Shown piece after piece: positions 9,653 to 17,816 of a stretch of 64,000 bases of DNA. How positions within the stretch are numbered: the first letter of the stretch is position 1; each line of letters starts with the position of its first letter. Below the pieces are notes generated by a model. The model saw only the letters and a list, made by a program, of their open reading frames with translations. It made no database searches and was not told the origin of the DNA. Source of the DNA: Candidatus Thorarchaeota archaeon (GTDB taxonomy: Archaea; Asgardarchaeota; Thorarchaeia; Thorarchaeales; Thorarchaeaceae); contig JAGSHN010000017.1 in NCBI GenBank assembly GCA_029855935.1, positions 8,812 through 72,811 of the forward strand. The letters run 5' to 3'. The translations under genes were made by a program, and so were the position numbers.

Positions 9653-10405
9653 ATGACACAAGCAGAACGCAATGAGGATCCGGTGAAGATCGCCAAGAGG
9701 ATACTGGATGCGCTGAGGAGAGAACCGTCTCTCCGAGAGGAGTTCCTTGAGATCATAGCCCCATCGACGTACGTCAGGCGTGACGAGCTGACACAGGTCC
9801 TTGAGGAGATTCGACAACTCCGTATAGAGAGCAACAAACGCTTCGAGGCAATGGACAGACGATTCGAGGCAATGGACAGACGATTCGAGGCGATGCAGAG
9901 ACAGATGGACGAACGCTTCGAGGCAATGGACAGACGATTCGAGGCAATGCAGGAAGTCCTAGTTGTGATGCAGGCTGACATTGCGGACCTGTCGGGCAAG
10001 TACGGCAAGCGGGCTGAGGACGCTGTCCGGAGACTTCTCTCAAGAGTACTGGAGGCGGAGGGAATCGAGACTGCAAGGATTGAGCACATCCAGGTCAAGG
10101 ACAGGGATGGCTCTGTCTTGGGCAAGGGCTACACGACGGACATCGACATCTACTACAAGGGCAGGGAGACATGGATAATAGAGTACAAGGCCCGTGCGAA
10201 GAGGGAGGACATCATTCATCTGCACCTGGTGGCGAGGCTTCTGAGGGAGCAGTACAGAATCAATCCCGACAGGGTGCTGATGGTCACTCTGAACATAGCA
10301 GATGAGGCGCGAGTGCTGGCTGAGGACATGGACATAGAGGTGCTTCAGGGGAGGAGCACGAATCCCACACCACTACCGCCGCCTGCAACGGACGGCCCAG
10401 CGTGA
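9653..10405 (+). CDS. Coiled-coil heptad-repeat protein with C-terminal PD-(D/E)xK nuclease-like domain (DUF3782-like architecture)
   Basis: The N-terminal half has RFEAMDR heptads (RFEAMDRRFEAMDRRFEAMQRQMDERFEAMDRRFEAMQ). The C-terminal half has TTDIDIYYKGRETWIIEYKARAKRED, a D...ExK pattern of the restriction-endonuclease fold. Confidence 0.7.
   Translation: MTQAERNEDPVKIAKRILDALRREPSLREEFLEIIAPSTYVRRDELTQVLEEIRQLRIESNKRFEAMDRRFEAMDRRFEAMQRQMDERFEAMDRRFEAMQEVLVVMQADIADLSGKYGKRAEDAVRRLLSRVLEAEGIETARIEHIQVKDRDGSVLGKGYTTDIDIYYKGRETWIIEYKARAKREDIIHLHLVARLLREQYRINPDRVLMVTLNIADEARVLAEDMDIEVLQGRSTNPTPLPPPATDGPA
9839..9955 (+). repeat. In-frame 21-bp tandem repeat (about 5 copies, one interrupted) encoding RFEAMDR heptads
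   Basis: The units cgcttcgaggcaatggacaga, cgattcgaggcaatggacaga, cgattcgaggcgatgcagaga, then a 12-bp partial unit, then cgcttcgaggcaatggacaga and cgattcgaggcaatgcaggaa, read directly from the sequence. Confidence 0.9.
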
Positions 10406-11046
10406 ATGTCCGCTCGTTTTCTTGCTGATGTAGGCTGCTGTTTCTCGGAGATGGGAGGACCCAGCCGCAAGAGGAATGTGGAAACCTGGGCCATTCCCCG
10501 AGGAGCCACAGGTTGTCCATATTGTATATGGAAGAGTCGCGTTTATTGGTTGTGTAGAGTGCGGATGACATGCGGCTAGTGTGCCATTGCCAGGGGCTGA
10601 AGCACAGCAGATACAATCATGGGTAGCACGTACCCCTGCGTCCCCGCATCCGGCGGTCCAGACAATGGCTCCGAAACACCTGTCCCTCTGATGCCAGCCA
10701 CTCAGACGCAAGGTCCTGCCGCGCGGAGTAGTGACCTTATAGCGGAATGCCTCCCGCTAGCGCAGGACCATTTCCATTTCCATTTCCCTCAGTTGTCCTC
10801 CCAAATGCTCTAAGCAGGCTATCGACTGTTCTCGCAGTTCCCATCCGCTGCTGGCCGCCAGCACTGGAATCGGTGCAGTTCGCTATGGGACCCGTGGTCG
10901 CCATTGTGTTATGGGGCGCACTCAGCCACATCGCTTGGAGAAAGTACTGTGCAGGACGTCCCAATAATAGGGGGACCACAACGACGGACAGATTAAATAG
11001 GTGCATCAATCTTCGACTGTCCAGTGGTGACCGAGAAGTGTCGTCG

Positions 11047-11388
11047 ATGGACAGAAGGCGCTACACCTACTACGTCATATTGTTTCTCGGACTTGTCCTA
11101 GTGAGCCTCTATTTTCTAGTACTCTATCAATGGGTGGGACTGAGCAGTCTTGCCTCGCTATTGCTTGTTGGCAGTGGTGGCCTGTTCATCCTGCTCGCAC
11201 TCGTTGCCCCCTTTGGCCGCTCTAGACCTGCAAGACTCGGACTCACTGCCTTGTGCGGTCTCATTGCTGGAACTCACGCATATCTCGATATCATATTGCT
11301 GCAGGGTCAGATGGGGACTGTGATGTTCATATGGATTGGCCTGGGCACAATGCTCGTCACTGCACCACTGCGATGGCTCAAAGAGTGA
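11047..11388 (+). CDS. Small hypothetical membrane protein (about 113 aa, 3-4 TM)
   Basis: An internal ATG at 11047 gives MDRRRYTYYVILFLGLVLVSLYFLVLYQWVGLSSLASLLLVGSGGLFILLALVAPF... The 100 codons upstream in the track ORF (from 10747) are P/R/C-rich and look non-coding. Confidence 0.5.
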   Translation: MDRRRYTYYVILFLGLVLVSLYFLVLYQWVGLSSLASLLLVGSGGLFILLALVAPFGRSRPARLGLTALCGLIAGTHAYLDIILLQGQMGTVMFIWIGLGTMLVTAPLRWLKE

Positions 11389-11439
11389 TTCGATCTCATA
11401 TTCCATTTCGCGGCAGTCAGCACGGCACGGGCCCAACCA

Positions 11440-12009
11440 CTACTCGGATTCGTCCCTCTTGCCCGTCTCGGCAGTCGACTCCTCAGTCCTCTCTATAGGC
11501 TCTCTCGCTTCTCCCTCTTTCTCACTGCCTCTCGTCTCCTCCGGCTCCTCCACGAACACCTCAACAGCCGAACGCACTGCTGGGCGTCCAGCGTACGAGA
11601 GTCTTGAGTAGTCAAGTAGGCCTGGCGTGACCGCATCCTCAAGAGGTGGTATCATTGCCAGACCGCCTGCCGTGACCAGAGCGCCGATGATCCCCCAGAA
11701 GACGAGTCCAAGGCCACCGCCCCACTCGGCCGGCACAGACATAGAAAAGATTGCGTAGAACAGTGATGCCACAACGGAGAAGCCGAACATCGTCGTCTTG
11801 GCCTTGCCGCGAACTGGTCGAAGGTATCCCACGTAGAGGAAGACCATCACCGGTGGCAGACCCAGCACGGGGAGGAGCACTGCGGTCAGGATGTTGAGCG
11901 TGATCGTACCAGTCAGCCACAGATAGCCAAAGCTGAAGTAGAACGCGCCCAGTATGGCCATTCCAAGCCAGACCATGCAGTAGTAGTCGGTGTCCTCTCG
12001 TAGATGCAT
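11440..12009 (-). CDS. Hypothetical membrane protein (about 4 TM) with acidic C-terminal tail, immediately downstream of the GlcD-NuoB fusion
   Basis: 189 aa. Hydrophobic helices (VWLGMAILGAFYFSFGYLWL, LTAVLLPVLGLPPVMVFLYVGYL, FGFSVVASLFYAIF, LGLVFWGIIGALVTAGGLAMI) followed by an E-rich tail. Starts 23 nt after the upstream stop on the same strand. Confidence 0.6.
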   Translation of the reverse strand: MHLREDTDYYCMVWLGMAILGAFYFSFGYLWLTGTITLNILTAVLLPVLGLPPVMVFLYVGYLRPVRGKAKTTMFGFSVVASLFYAIFSMSVPAEWGGGLGLVFWGIIGALVTAGGLAMIPPLEDAVTPGLLDYSRLSYAGRPAVRSAVEVFVEEPEETRGSEKEGEAREPIERTEESTAETGKRDESE

Positions 12010-12031
12010 CTCTCTATCTCCTCCCTGTGGT

Positions 12032-13972
12032 CTATCTCAGGAAGCCCATGGCATCCTGGTTCTCGTATTTCATCTGCCAGTGCGTCGTGCCAGCACGGAT
12101 CTTGTTCTGAAGTATCAGATGGGCTCGTATGAAGTCTGACGGCTTCGGCGGGCACCCCGGTAGATAGACATCCACAGGAACGACCTCCTCGGGGTCCTTG
12201 ACAAGAGAGTAGCCGTCCCAGAACATGCCGCCGCTCGCAGCACACTGACCGAACGATATCACAAACTTTGGCTCAGGCATCTGCTCGTAGATTCGGCGCA
12301 GCCTGGGCGCCATCTTCTTCGTCAGCGAACCGGATATCCACAGCACATCAGTCTGACGAGGACCAAACAGCGGAAGCATACCGAACCGCTCAGTGTCCCA
12401 CCGTGGAGCCACAGCGGCGGACCCCTCGACCATGCAGCAGCCCAGACCGAACTGTACTGGCCAGGGACTGTGAGCACGACCCCATCGGAGAAGCCACTTG
12501 ATCGGTGGCAGGTTCTGCAGCCACTTCAACACGATTGGCCCCATCCGGCCGAAGCCGTTCCTCAGCAGATCGTAGCCAAGCCACATGAAGTACTTGCCGA
12601 CTCTGAGTACAAGAGGCAGCCAGTAGGCAAACACCTTCCCCGGGTTCGCCACCTCATTGGGGTCGAACTTGAGCTTGGCGGCACGAATCCGTGCAAGGCG
12701 CCTCTTGCCGAAGTACTGTGGAGCATAGTTCGCCAGCCAGATGCCGGTCGAATGAACGTGACCCCCGTGCCTCTGTGCAATCTTGAAGACCACGAAGCTC
12801 TGAACCCAAGATAGCATGAAGCCGAACCGCCGCTCGTCCTCAAGGAAGTAGCCCATTAGCGTGACCCCGTTCTTCGATGTCACGTAGCCGTCCATGCCTG
12901 CCCGCGCTGAGGCCTGCTCGAACTGAAAGTCGTCGAGGATGAGCATCAGATTCTCCAATGGCGCAAAGGCCTGTCCGACGACCAGCGACGGGCCGAGCTT
13001 CTTGATCTTCATTGGATAGAAGCGCTGCTCCCACTCGTGTTCCGCAACGTGCTCGTCGTAGACTTTGCCCTTCAGCTCCTTCGCCACCCTGCGTACAACC
13101 TCGAGGCCCTCCTCGGTCTCCTCATCGGAACCATCGTACGCAAAGAGCGCGACACAGTGATGAACGGGATAGGGATAGGGGCCCGGGCCCTCCCAGATCT
13201 CCTTCTTGAGGTCGACGTACTTGCTCTCCTTGAACTTGATTGTGTGTGGGAGCGGACCCTCCTCCAGAATCTTCTCGATTGCAAATGTCATCAGGTAGTT
13301 CTCAGGAAAGCTGACGACGATGCACTTGATGGGGGTGAGAGCTTTGACCTTGAGCGTGACCTTGGTGATTATCCCCAGAATGCCCTCGGTGTCGCAGAAC
13401 AGGTCGGTATCGCGGCTGCGCACAATTCGCCCATTGGGGAGGACCACCTCGACCTCCTCGACGTTCTCGTTGATGTTGCCGTACTTCAGCGAGCCGATAC
13501 CGTCACCACCCTGAGCCACCCAACCTCCAACCGTGGCCGAGATTCCCGATGAGGGATAGGTGCGCAGGTCCAGTCCCTGACGATTGAGCTCAAACTGCAG
13601 GTGCGCCCAGGAGATTCCGGGCTCCACTGTGACCGTCAGGCCCTCGGGGTCGACACTCAACACGCGATCCATCCTACGCATATCAACAATGATGCCGCCC
13701 TTTCTGGGAATCGCACCGCCGTAGCCTGAGGTGCCAGCGCCACGTGGGACAATTGGCACGCGCTCCTCATTGGCGAACTTGAAGAGCGCGACAATCTCGT
13801 CCACCGACTCGGGCTGCACAAGTGCATCAGGTTTGTTGTTCATCAGCCAGCCGACCTGCTTGGGCAGTGAACCTACATCCATACTGTGGATGTGAAGCTC
13901 GTACTTCTCTGTGATCAGCCGGTCACCGAATATCGCTTTCAGGCGCTCCAATTGATCCTTCTTCAGTCCCAT
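12032..13972 (-). CDS. Fusion protein: FAD-linked oxidase (GlcD/D-lactate dehydrogenase family) fused to complex I subunit B (NuoB, N2 cluster subunit)
   Basis: Residues 1 to about 447 have PCMH-type FAD-binding motifs (VPIVPRGAGTSGYGGAIP, GISATVGGWVAQGG) and an FAD-oxidase C-terminus (HGGHVHSTGIW...KFDPNEVANPGKV). Residues 448-485 are an aromatic/hydrophobic linker. Residues 486-625 are NuoB-like: SPWPVQFGLGCCMVEG, RQTDVLWISGSLTKKMAPRLRRIYEQMPEPKFVISFGQCAASGG, VPVDVYLPGCPPKP. It is one uninterrupted ORF of 646 codons. Confidence 0.85.
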   Translation of the reverse strand: MGLKKDQLERLKAIFGDRLITEKYELHIHSMDVGSLPKQVGWLMNNKPDALVQPESVDEIVALFKFANEERVPIVPRGAGTSGYGGAIPRKGGIIVDMRRMDRVLSVDPEGLTVTVEPGISWAHLQFELNRQGLDLRTYPSSGISATVGGWVAQGGDGIGSLKYGNINENVEEVEVVLPNGRIVRSRDTDLFCDTEGILGIITKVTLKVKALTPIKCIVVSFPENYLMTFAIEKILEEGPLPHTIKFKESKYVDLKKEIWEGPGPYPYPVHHCVALFAYDGSDEETEEGLEVVRRVAKELKGKVYDEHVAEHEWEQRFYPMKIKKLGPSLVVGQAFAPLENLMLILDDFQFEQASARAGMDGYVTSKNGVTLMGYFLEDERRFGFMLSWVQSFVVFKIAQRHGGHVHSTGIWLANYAPQYFGKRRLARIRAAKLKFDPNEVANPGKVFAYWLPLVLRVGKYFMWLGYDLLRNGFGRMGPIVLKWLQNLPPIKWLLRWGRAHSPWPVQFGLGCCMVEGSAAVAPRWDTERFGMLPLFGPRQTDVLWISGSLTKKMAPRLRRIYEQMPEPKFVISFGQCAASGGMFWDGYSLVKDPEEVVPVDVYLPGCPPKPSDFIRAHLILQNKIRAGTTHWQMKYENQDAMGFLR

Positions 13973-14038
13973 ACGGTATCACGCCCGAGGTCAATGTGGG
14001 AGCCTTCGAAGACTCAGTTCCTGTCAGGCCTAGACCGT

Positions 14039-14165
14039 GAATAAAAAGATAGCGAGTCGGCAATAGTCGTCCGATTGTGCAGATACTCAGCAGGGTCATC
14101 CCCTCAGATGGGGCCCTGTCATAGGACACGATATTCAAACAAGTGGTTGAATAAAGATATAATGG
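14039..14165. promoter_or_regulatory. AT-rich divergent promoter region between the GlcD-NuoB fusion and the GlcF/HdrD-like gene
   Basis: Two similar A/T boxes, gaataaaaagata (14039-14052) and gaataaagatataa (14149-14165), lie in otherwise GC-rich sequence. The second is about 30-45 nt upstream of the GTG at 14197. Confidence 0.35.
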
Positions 14166-14196
14166 AGCAGTCGTCGCATTAGGAAAACCTATTTAC

Positions 14197-15483
14197 GTGG
14201 GCAAGGGCCGCTTTCCCCGGTCAAAGAACGACAACAGGTCAAAGAGGCAGGCCCCAATGCACTTCGAGATGCTTGAACAGTACAACCTTCAGGACATGGC
14301 CTTCATCTGTGCCCAGTGCAGCTTCTGTCAGGTGGGTCACGGTGCGTGCCCGACCTACAAGGTCAAGCGCCGGGACAGCTACTCAGGCAAGGGCAAGATG
14401 ATCATCGCACGAGCGCTACTTCAGGGTAGGCTCTCACCCAGCGAGGCACTGGAGGGTCTTCGCGATGCCGTGTTCGGATGCACCCTCTGTGGCGGATGTG
14501 AGGAGGTGTGTCAAGTAGACATACCCTTTGTCCAGATCTACCAACTTCTGCGTGGTGAGTTCCTCAAGCTGAACCTCTGGCCGGAGCAGCTAAAGATGAT
14601 GAAGAAGACCCTGATCAAGACACGGAACGTGCAGGGCCAGCCGAACATCGACCGTGTGGAGGGATGGTCATACTGGCATCCCGATGAGGATGCGCTCTTG
14701 GAGAAAGTGGGGCAGCCTGCGGAGACCGGGTTCTTCGTCGGATGCGGTTCATCATTCCGCGGTATTGCCATTCAGGCGACGATTGCCACAACTCTGATTC
14801 TCGATGACGCCGGCATCGAATACACGCTTCTTGGAGAGGACGAGTGGTGTTGCGGAGCCCCGCTGATCATGACTGGCGACTTCGAGGGCGCGAAGGAGTT
14901 CGCTCTACACAACATCGAGGAGTTCCGCAAGCTCGGTGTGAAGCGGATTGTGACAAATTGTCCAGGCTGCTACAAGATGTGGCATCACGAGTATCACCAG
15001 CTTCTCGGCATTGATCACGAATTTGAGATCGTGTACGGTCCCGTACTCTACGCCAAGCTAGTAGAGGAGGGCAAGCTGGAGGGCAAGATTAAGGACCTCC
15101 CGGTCTCGGTCACATTCCACGACCCGTGCGATGCTGGGCGCAACAGTGGCATCTATGAGGAGCCCAGAGTTGTACTGAAGAACATACCCGGACTCAGATT
15201 TGAGGAGCTTCCTCACAACCGGGAGAACTCGTACTGCTGCGGTTCAGGAGGTGTTCTGAGAGCACAGGACGAGGAGTTCTGTCTGAAGATAAACGAGCTG
15301 AAAGTACGCGACATCGAGCAGACGGATGCGGACTGGGTGATCTCCGCCTGCCCGTCATGTGTGGACTTCATCAACACAGGACTACCAGAGGCCGGGTCTG
15401 AGAAGAAGTCCAAGGACCTCGCCGTGCTGCTTGCAGAGGCTCTCGGACATACCTGGGACGGACTCGACGACGTCTACGGCTGA
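14197..15483 (+). CDS. GlcF/HdrD-like iron-sulfur oxidoreductase with two CCG domains
   Basis: Ferredoxin-type motifs CAQCSFCQVGHGACP and CTLCGGCEEVCQ. Two CCG-domain signatures: FFVGCGSSF...EWCCGAPL and TFHDPCDAGR...SYCCGSGG. The start may instead be the internal ATG at 14257 (MHFEMLEQ). Confidence 0.85.
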   Translation: MGKGRFPRSKNDNRSKRQAPMHFEMLEQYNLQDMAFICAQCSFCQVGHGACPTYKVKRRDSYSGKGKMIIARALLQGRLSPSEALEGLRDAVFGCTLCGGCEEVCQVDIPFVQIYQLLRGEFLKLNLWPEQLKMMKKTLIKTRNVQGQPNIDRVEGWSYWHPDEDALLEKVGQPAETGFFVGCGSSFRGIAIQATIATTLILDDAGIEYTLLGEDEWCCGAPLIMTGDFEGAKEFALHNIEEFRKLGVKRIVTNCPGCYKMWHHEYHQLLGIDHEFEIVYGPVLYAKLVEEGKLEGKIKDLPVSVTFHDPCDAGRNSGIYEEPRVVLKNIPGLRFEELPHNRENSYCCGSGGVLRAQDEEFCLKINELKVRDIEQTDADWVISACPSCVDFINTGLPEAGSEKKSKDLAVLLAEALGHTWDGLDDVYG

Positions 15484-16520
15484 GGCGCCGGGGGAGGTCG
15501 CAGCAGAGTCCTGACTGCCAGCCCTACAAAGACGAGTAGCATCACAGCAACGAGAACGTATACCAGTAGTGGCGTCCTCATGTCAATCACAACATAGCCA
15601 ACCGTCAGGTACAGTCCCGTCAACAGATGGGTCATAATCGTCCCGGCGTTCGCAGGTATCATTCTCAGGGGCTCATCGTAATGTCGTCGTGCAGTCCTGA
15701 TTGCAATGGCCGCGATAGGAACCGTGAGCAGACCATAGAGCTGCGTCCACGGAACAAGGCCAACGAACGTGAACAACACTATGACAGCATAGGTGACGAT
15801 CATCAGACCCGCATACACAGCTGATGCTCGCCTCCTACCCAGACGCACTACAGCCGTGTACTTGCCAGCAGCCCTGTCGCCCTCCATATCTGGAAACTCA
15901 TTGATGAACAACACCAGAGAGATGAGTAGTGCCACCGGGAGCGAGGCGAAGACTGGTTCCCAGTCAAGGGCCTGTGTCTGCACGAAGAAGGCTCCAAGCG
16001 TCATCAGGATGCCAAAGTTCAGCCCGATGAATATCTCTCCAATCCCCCGACTCACAAGCCTGACTGGGGGTGCTGTGTAGAAGAAACCAGATGCTGCACC
16101 AATCAGCCCAAGGACAACTATCACCCAACCGAGGTGGAGATAGAGGTAGAAGCCGATTGCCACGGCAATGCCGAAGAAGACGAATGACCCCGCGAGGACC
16201 TCGCCGGGACTCAACAGGCCCTCCTGTATCACCCGGCTGCCTCCACTGAAGGGTCGAATGAAACCCTCGTTGACGTTATCGGCGCCACTCTTGTAGTCGA
16301 AGTAGTCATTGGCGATGTTTGCGCCGAGATGCAGACAGGCGGCCGCCACAAGAGTGAGGAAGAAAAACCAGAGGTTCAGGCCGTGCGTCCGCTCCCAAGC
16401 AATTGCGGTTCCTAGCAGCACGGGAACGAGTGACGCCGTCAAGAAACTCAACCTCATCTCACGTATCCAGATTCGAAGCCTCCCGGGCTTCGGCTCTACT
16501 GGGGCTCTCTCGCCAGTCAT
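15474..16520 (-). CDS. menA: UbiA-family prenyltransferase, MenA-like (1,4-dihydroxy-2-naphthoate polyprenyltransferase)
   Basis: Polytopic protein with the LGANIANDYFDYKSGADN motif (NxxxDxxxD type) and FINEFPDMEGD. I prefer the start at the ATG at 16520 (MTGERAP...); the track start is 16589. Assignment to MenA rather than another UbiA member is tentative. Confidence 0.7.
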   Translation of the reverse strand: MTGERAPVEPKPGRLRIWIREMRLSFLTASLVPVLLGTAIAWERTHGLNLWFFFLTLVAAACLHLGANIANDYFDYKSGADNVNEGFIRPFSGGSRVIQEGLLSPGEVLAGSFVFFGIAVAIGFYLYLHLGWVIVVLGLIGAASGFFYTAPPVRLVSRGIGEIFIGLNFGILMTLGAFFVQTQALDWEPVFASLPVALLISLVLFINEFPDMEGDRAAGKYTAVVRLGRRRASAVYAGLMIVTYAVIVLFTFVGLVPWTQLYGLLTVPIAAIAIRTARRHYDEPLRMIPANAGTIMTHLLTGLYLTVGYVVIDMRTPLLVYVLVAVMLLVFVGLAVRTLLRPPPAPQP

Positions 16521-16733
16521 TGTGGGTCGACGGAGCAGCAGGCGGGAAGAATAAAAGATTGATGGAACAGGGCCGGCATAGTAACGCATTCGGGGTCACA
16601 CCGCGCACGATCCCCTGGGCCTACACCAAGAGACAATGCCCTTCAGGGCGGATTCCACATTGTCCTCAGGACAAGTACTTTAAGAGGCGGTCGTCACGTA
16701 GCACTGTCGCCTGTTATCCGGAGAGGTAGCGTC

Positions 16734-17801
16734 ATGTCCGGCAGAGAGATGTCGACAGACAGGGATTCTCGCACCGAGTGCGACCAGCGCGACACGAGTC
16801 TCGCTGCCGGTTCCACAGGCCTGCTCACAATCGATGATCTCACCGCCGACGAGGAGTTCGGAGCAATAATATCGGCTATCAACACGGCGATGGACGAGTT
16901 TGTTCAGAACCTATACGGAGAGCCTGCCTCACTCTATGAGGCGGCCAGACACCTGCTTGTTGCCGGGGGCAAGAGGCTCCGCTCTCTGATTGTCCTCTTG
17001 GCGACACAGGCGGTCGGAGGTGACATTGAGGACGCATTGCCGTTCGCTGTAGCAATGGAGCTGGTGCAGACCGCCAGCCTTCTTCACGATGACGTGATTG
17101 ACGACGACGTCCTACGGCGAGGTGTCGAGACCGCACACAGAAAGTTCGGGACCAGAATTGCAATCCTCGCGGGAGACCTTCTCGTTGCAGAGGCGATGAG
17201 CCTGATTGGAGAGAGGGCGACTCCAGAGCTCCTCGCCATGATAGGAAAGGCGGGGATAATGCTGTGTGAGGGCGAGGCATCCGACTTGCTGATGGAGATC
17301 ACTGATAGCGAGTCGGTCAGTGTGAGACGCTATCTGGCAATGGCGGAGAGAAAGACCGCATCACTTCTGCGGGTAGCGGCAGGTGTCGGGGCAGTGGTCG
17401 GAGGTGGTACGACAGAGCAGCGCGACGCTCTGATGGAGTACGCTCGGAAGATTGGTCTGGCATTCCAGATTCGTGACGATGTTCTGAATCTGACATCAAC
17501 TCCCGATGTGACAGGCAAGTCGGTCCTCTCAGACCTGAAGTGGAAGACCAGCAACTACGTGGTGATCCACTGCCTCGAACACTGCAGTCAGCCTGTTCGC
17601 GAGGAGTGCCTGAGGGCACTCGGATCCAACTCGTATGAGGACGTTCTCCGTGTCCTGGAGGAGTCCGGTTCCATAGCGCACGCGAATGAGGTGGCGTGGC
17701 GCTTGGCACGTGAGGCAAAGGCCGTCCTGAGAGGCGCAGACCTGCAGAAGAAACATCTTCTTGAGAGGCTCGCTGACTTTGTCGTCCTCAGGGCGCACTA
17801 G
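16734..17801 (+). CDS. Polyprenyl (geranylgeranyl/longer) diphosphate synthase
   Basis: First aspartate-rich motif LLHDDVIDDDVLRRG and second FQIRDDVLN, plus GGKRLR. Confidence 0.9.
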   Translation: MSGREMSTDRDSRTECDQRDTSLAAGSTGLLTIDDLTADEEFGAIISAINTAMDEFVQNLYGEPASLYEAARHLLVAGGKRLRSLIVLLATQAVGGDIEDALPFAVAMELVQTASLLHDDVIDDDVLRRGVETAHRKFGTRIAILAGDLLVAEAMSLIGERATPELLAMIGKAGIMLCEGEASDLLMEITDSESVSVRRYLAMAERKTASLLRVAAGVGAVVGGGTTEQRDALMEYARKIGLAFQIRDDVLNLTSTPDVTGKSVLSDLKWKTSNYVVIHCLEHCSQPVREECLRALGSNSYEDVLRVLEESGSIAHANEVAWRLAREAKAVLRGADLQKKHLLERLADFVVLRAH

Positions 17802-17816
17802 GAACGGGACATGGTC

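Noticed and set aside
9839-9955. Short tandem direct repeats that might have been a mini CRISPR-like array
   Set aside because: The units are contiguous 21-mers with no spacers. They are in frame and encode RFEAMDR heptads within a clear ORF, so this is a coding repeat and not a CRISPR.
10768-10785. (CCATTT)x3 microsatellite
   Set aside because: Only three units in a non-coding stretch; too short to assign significance.
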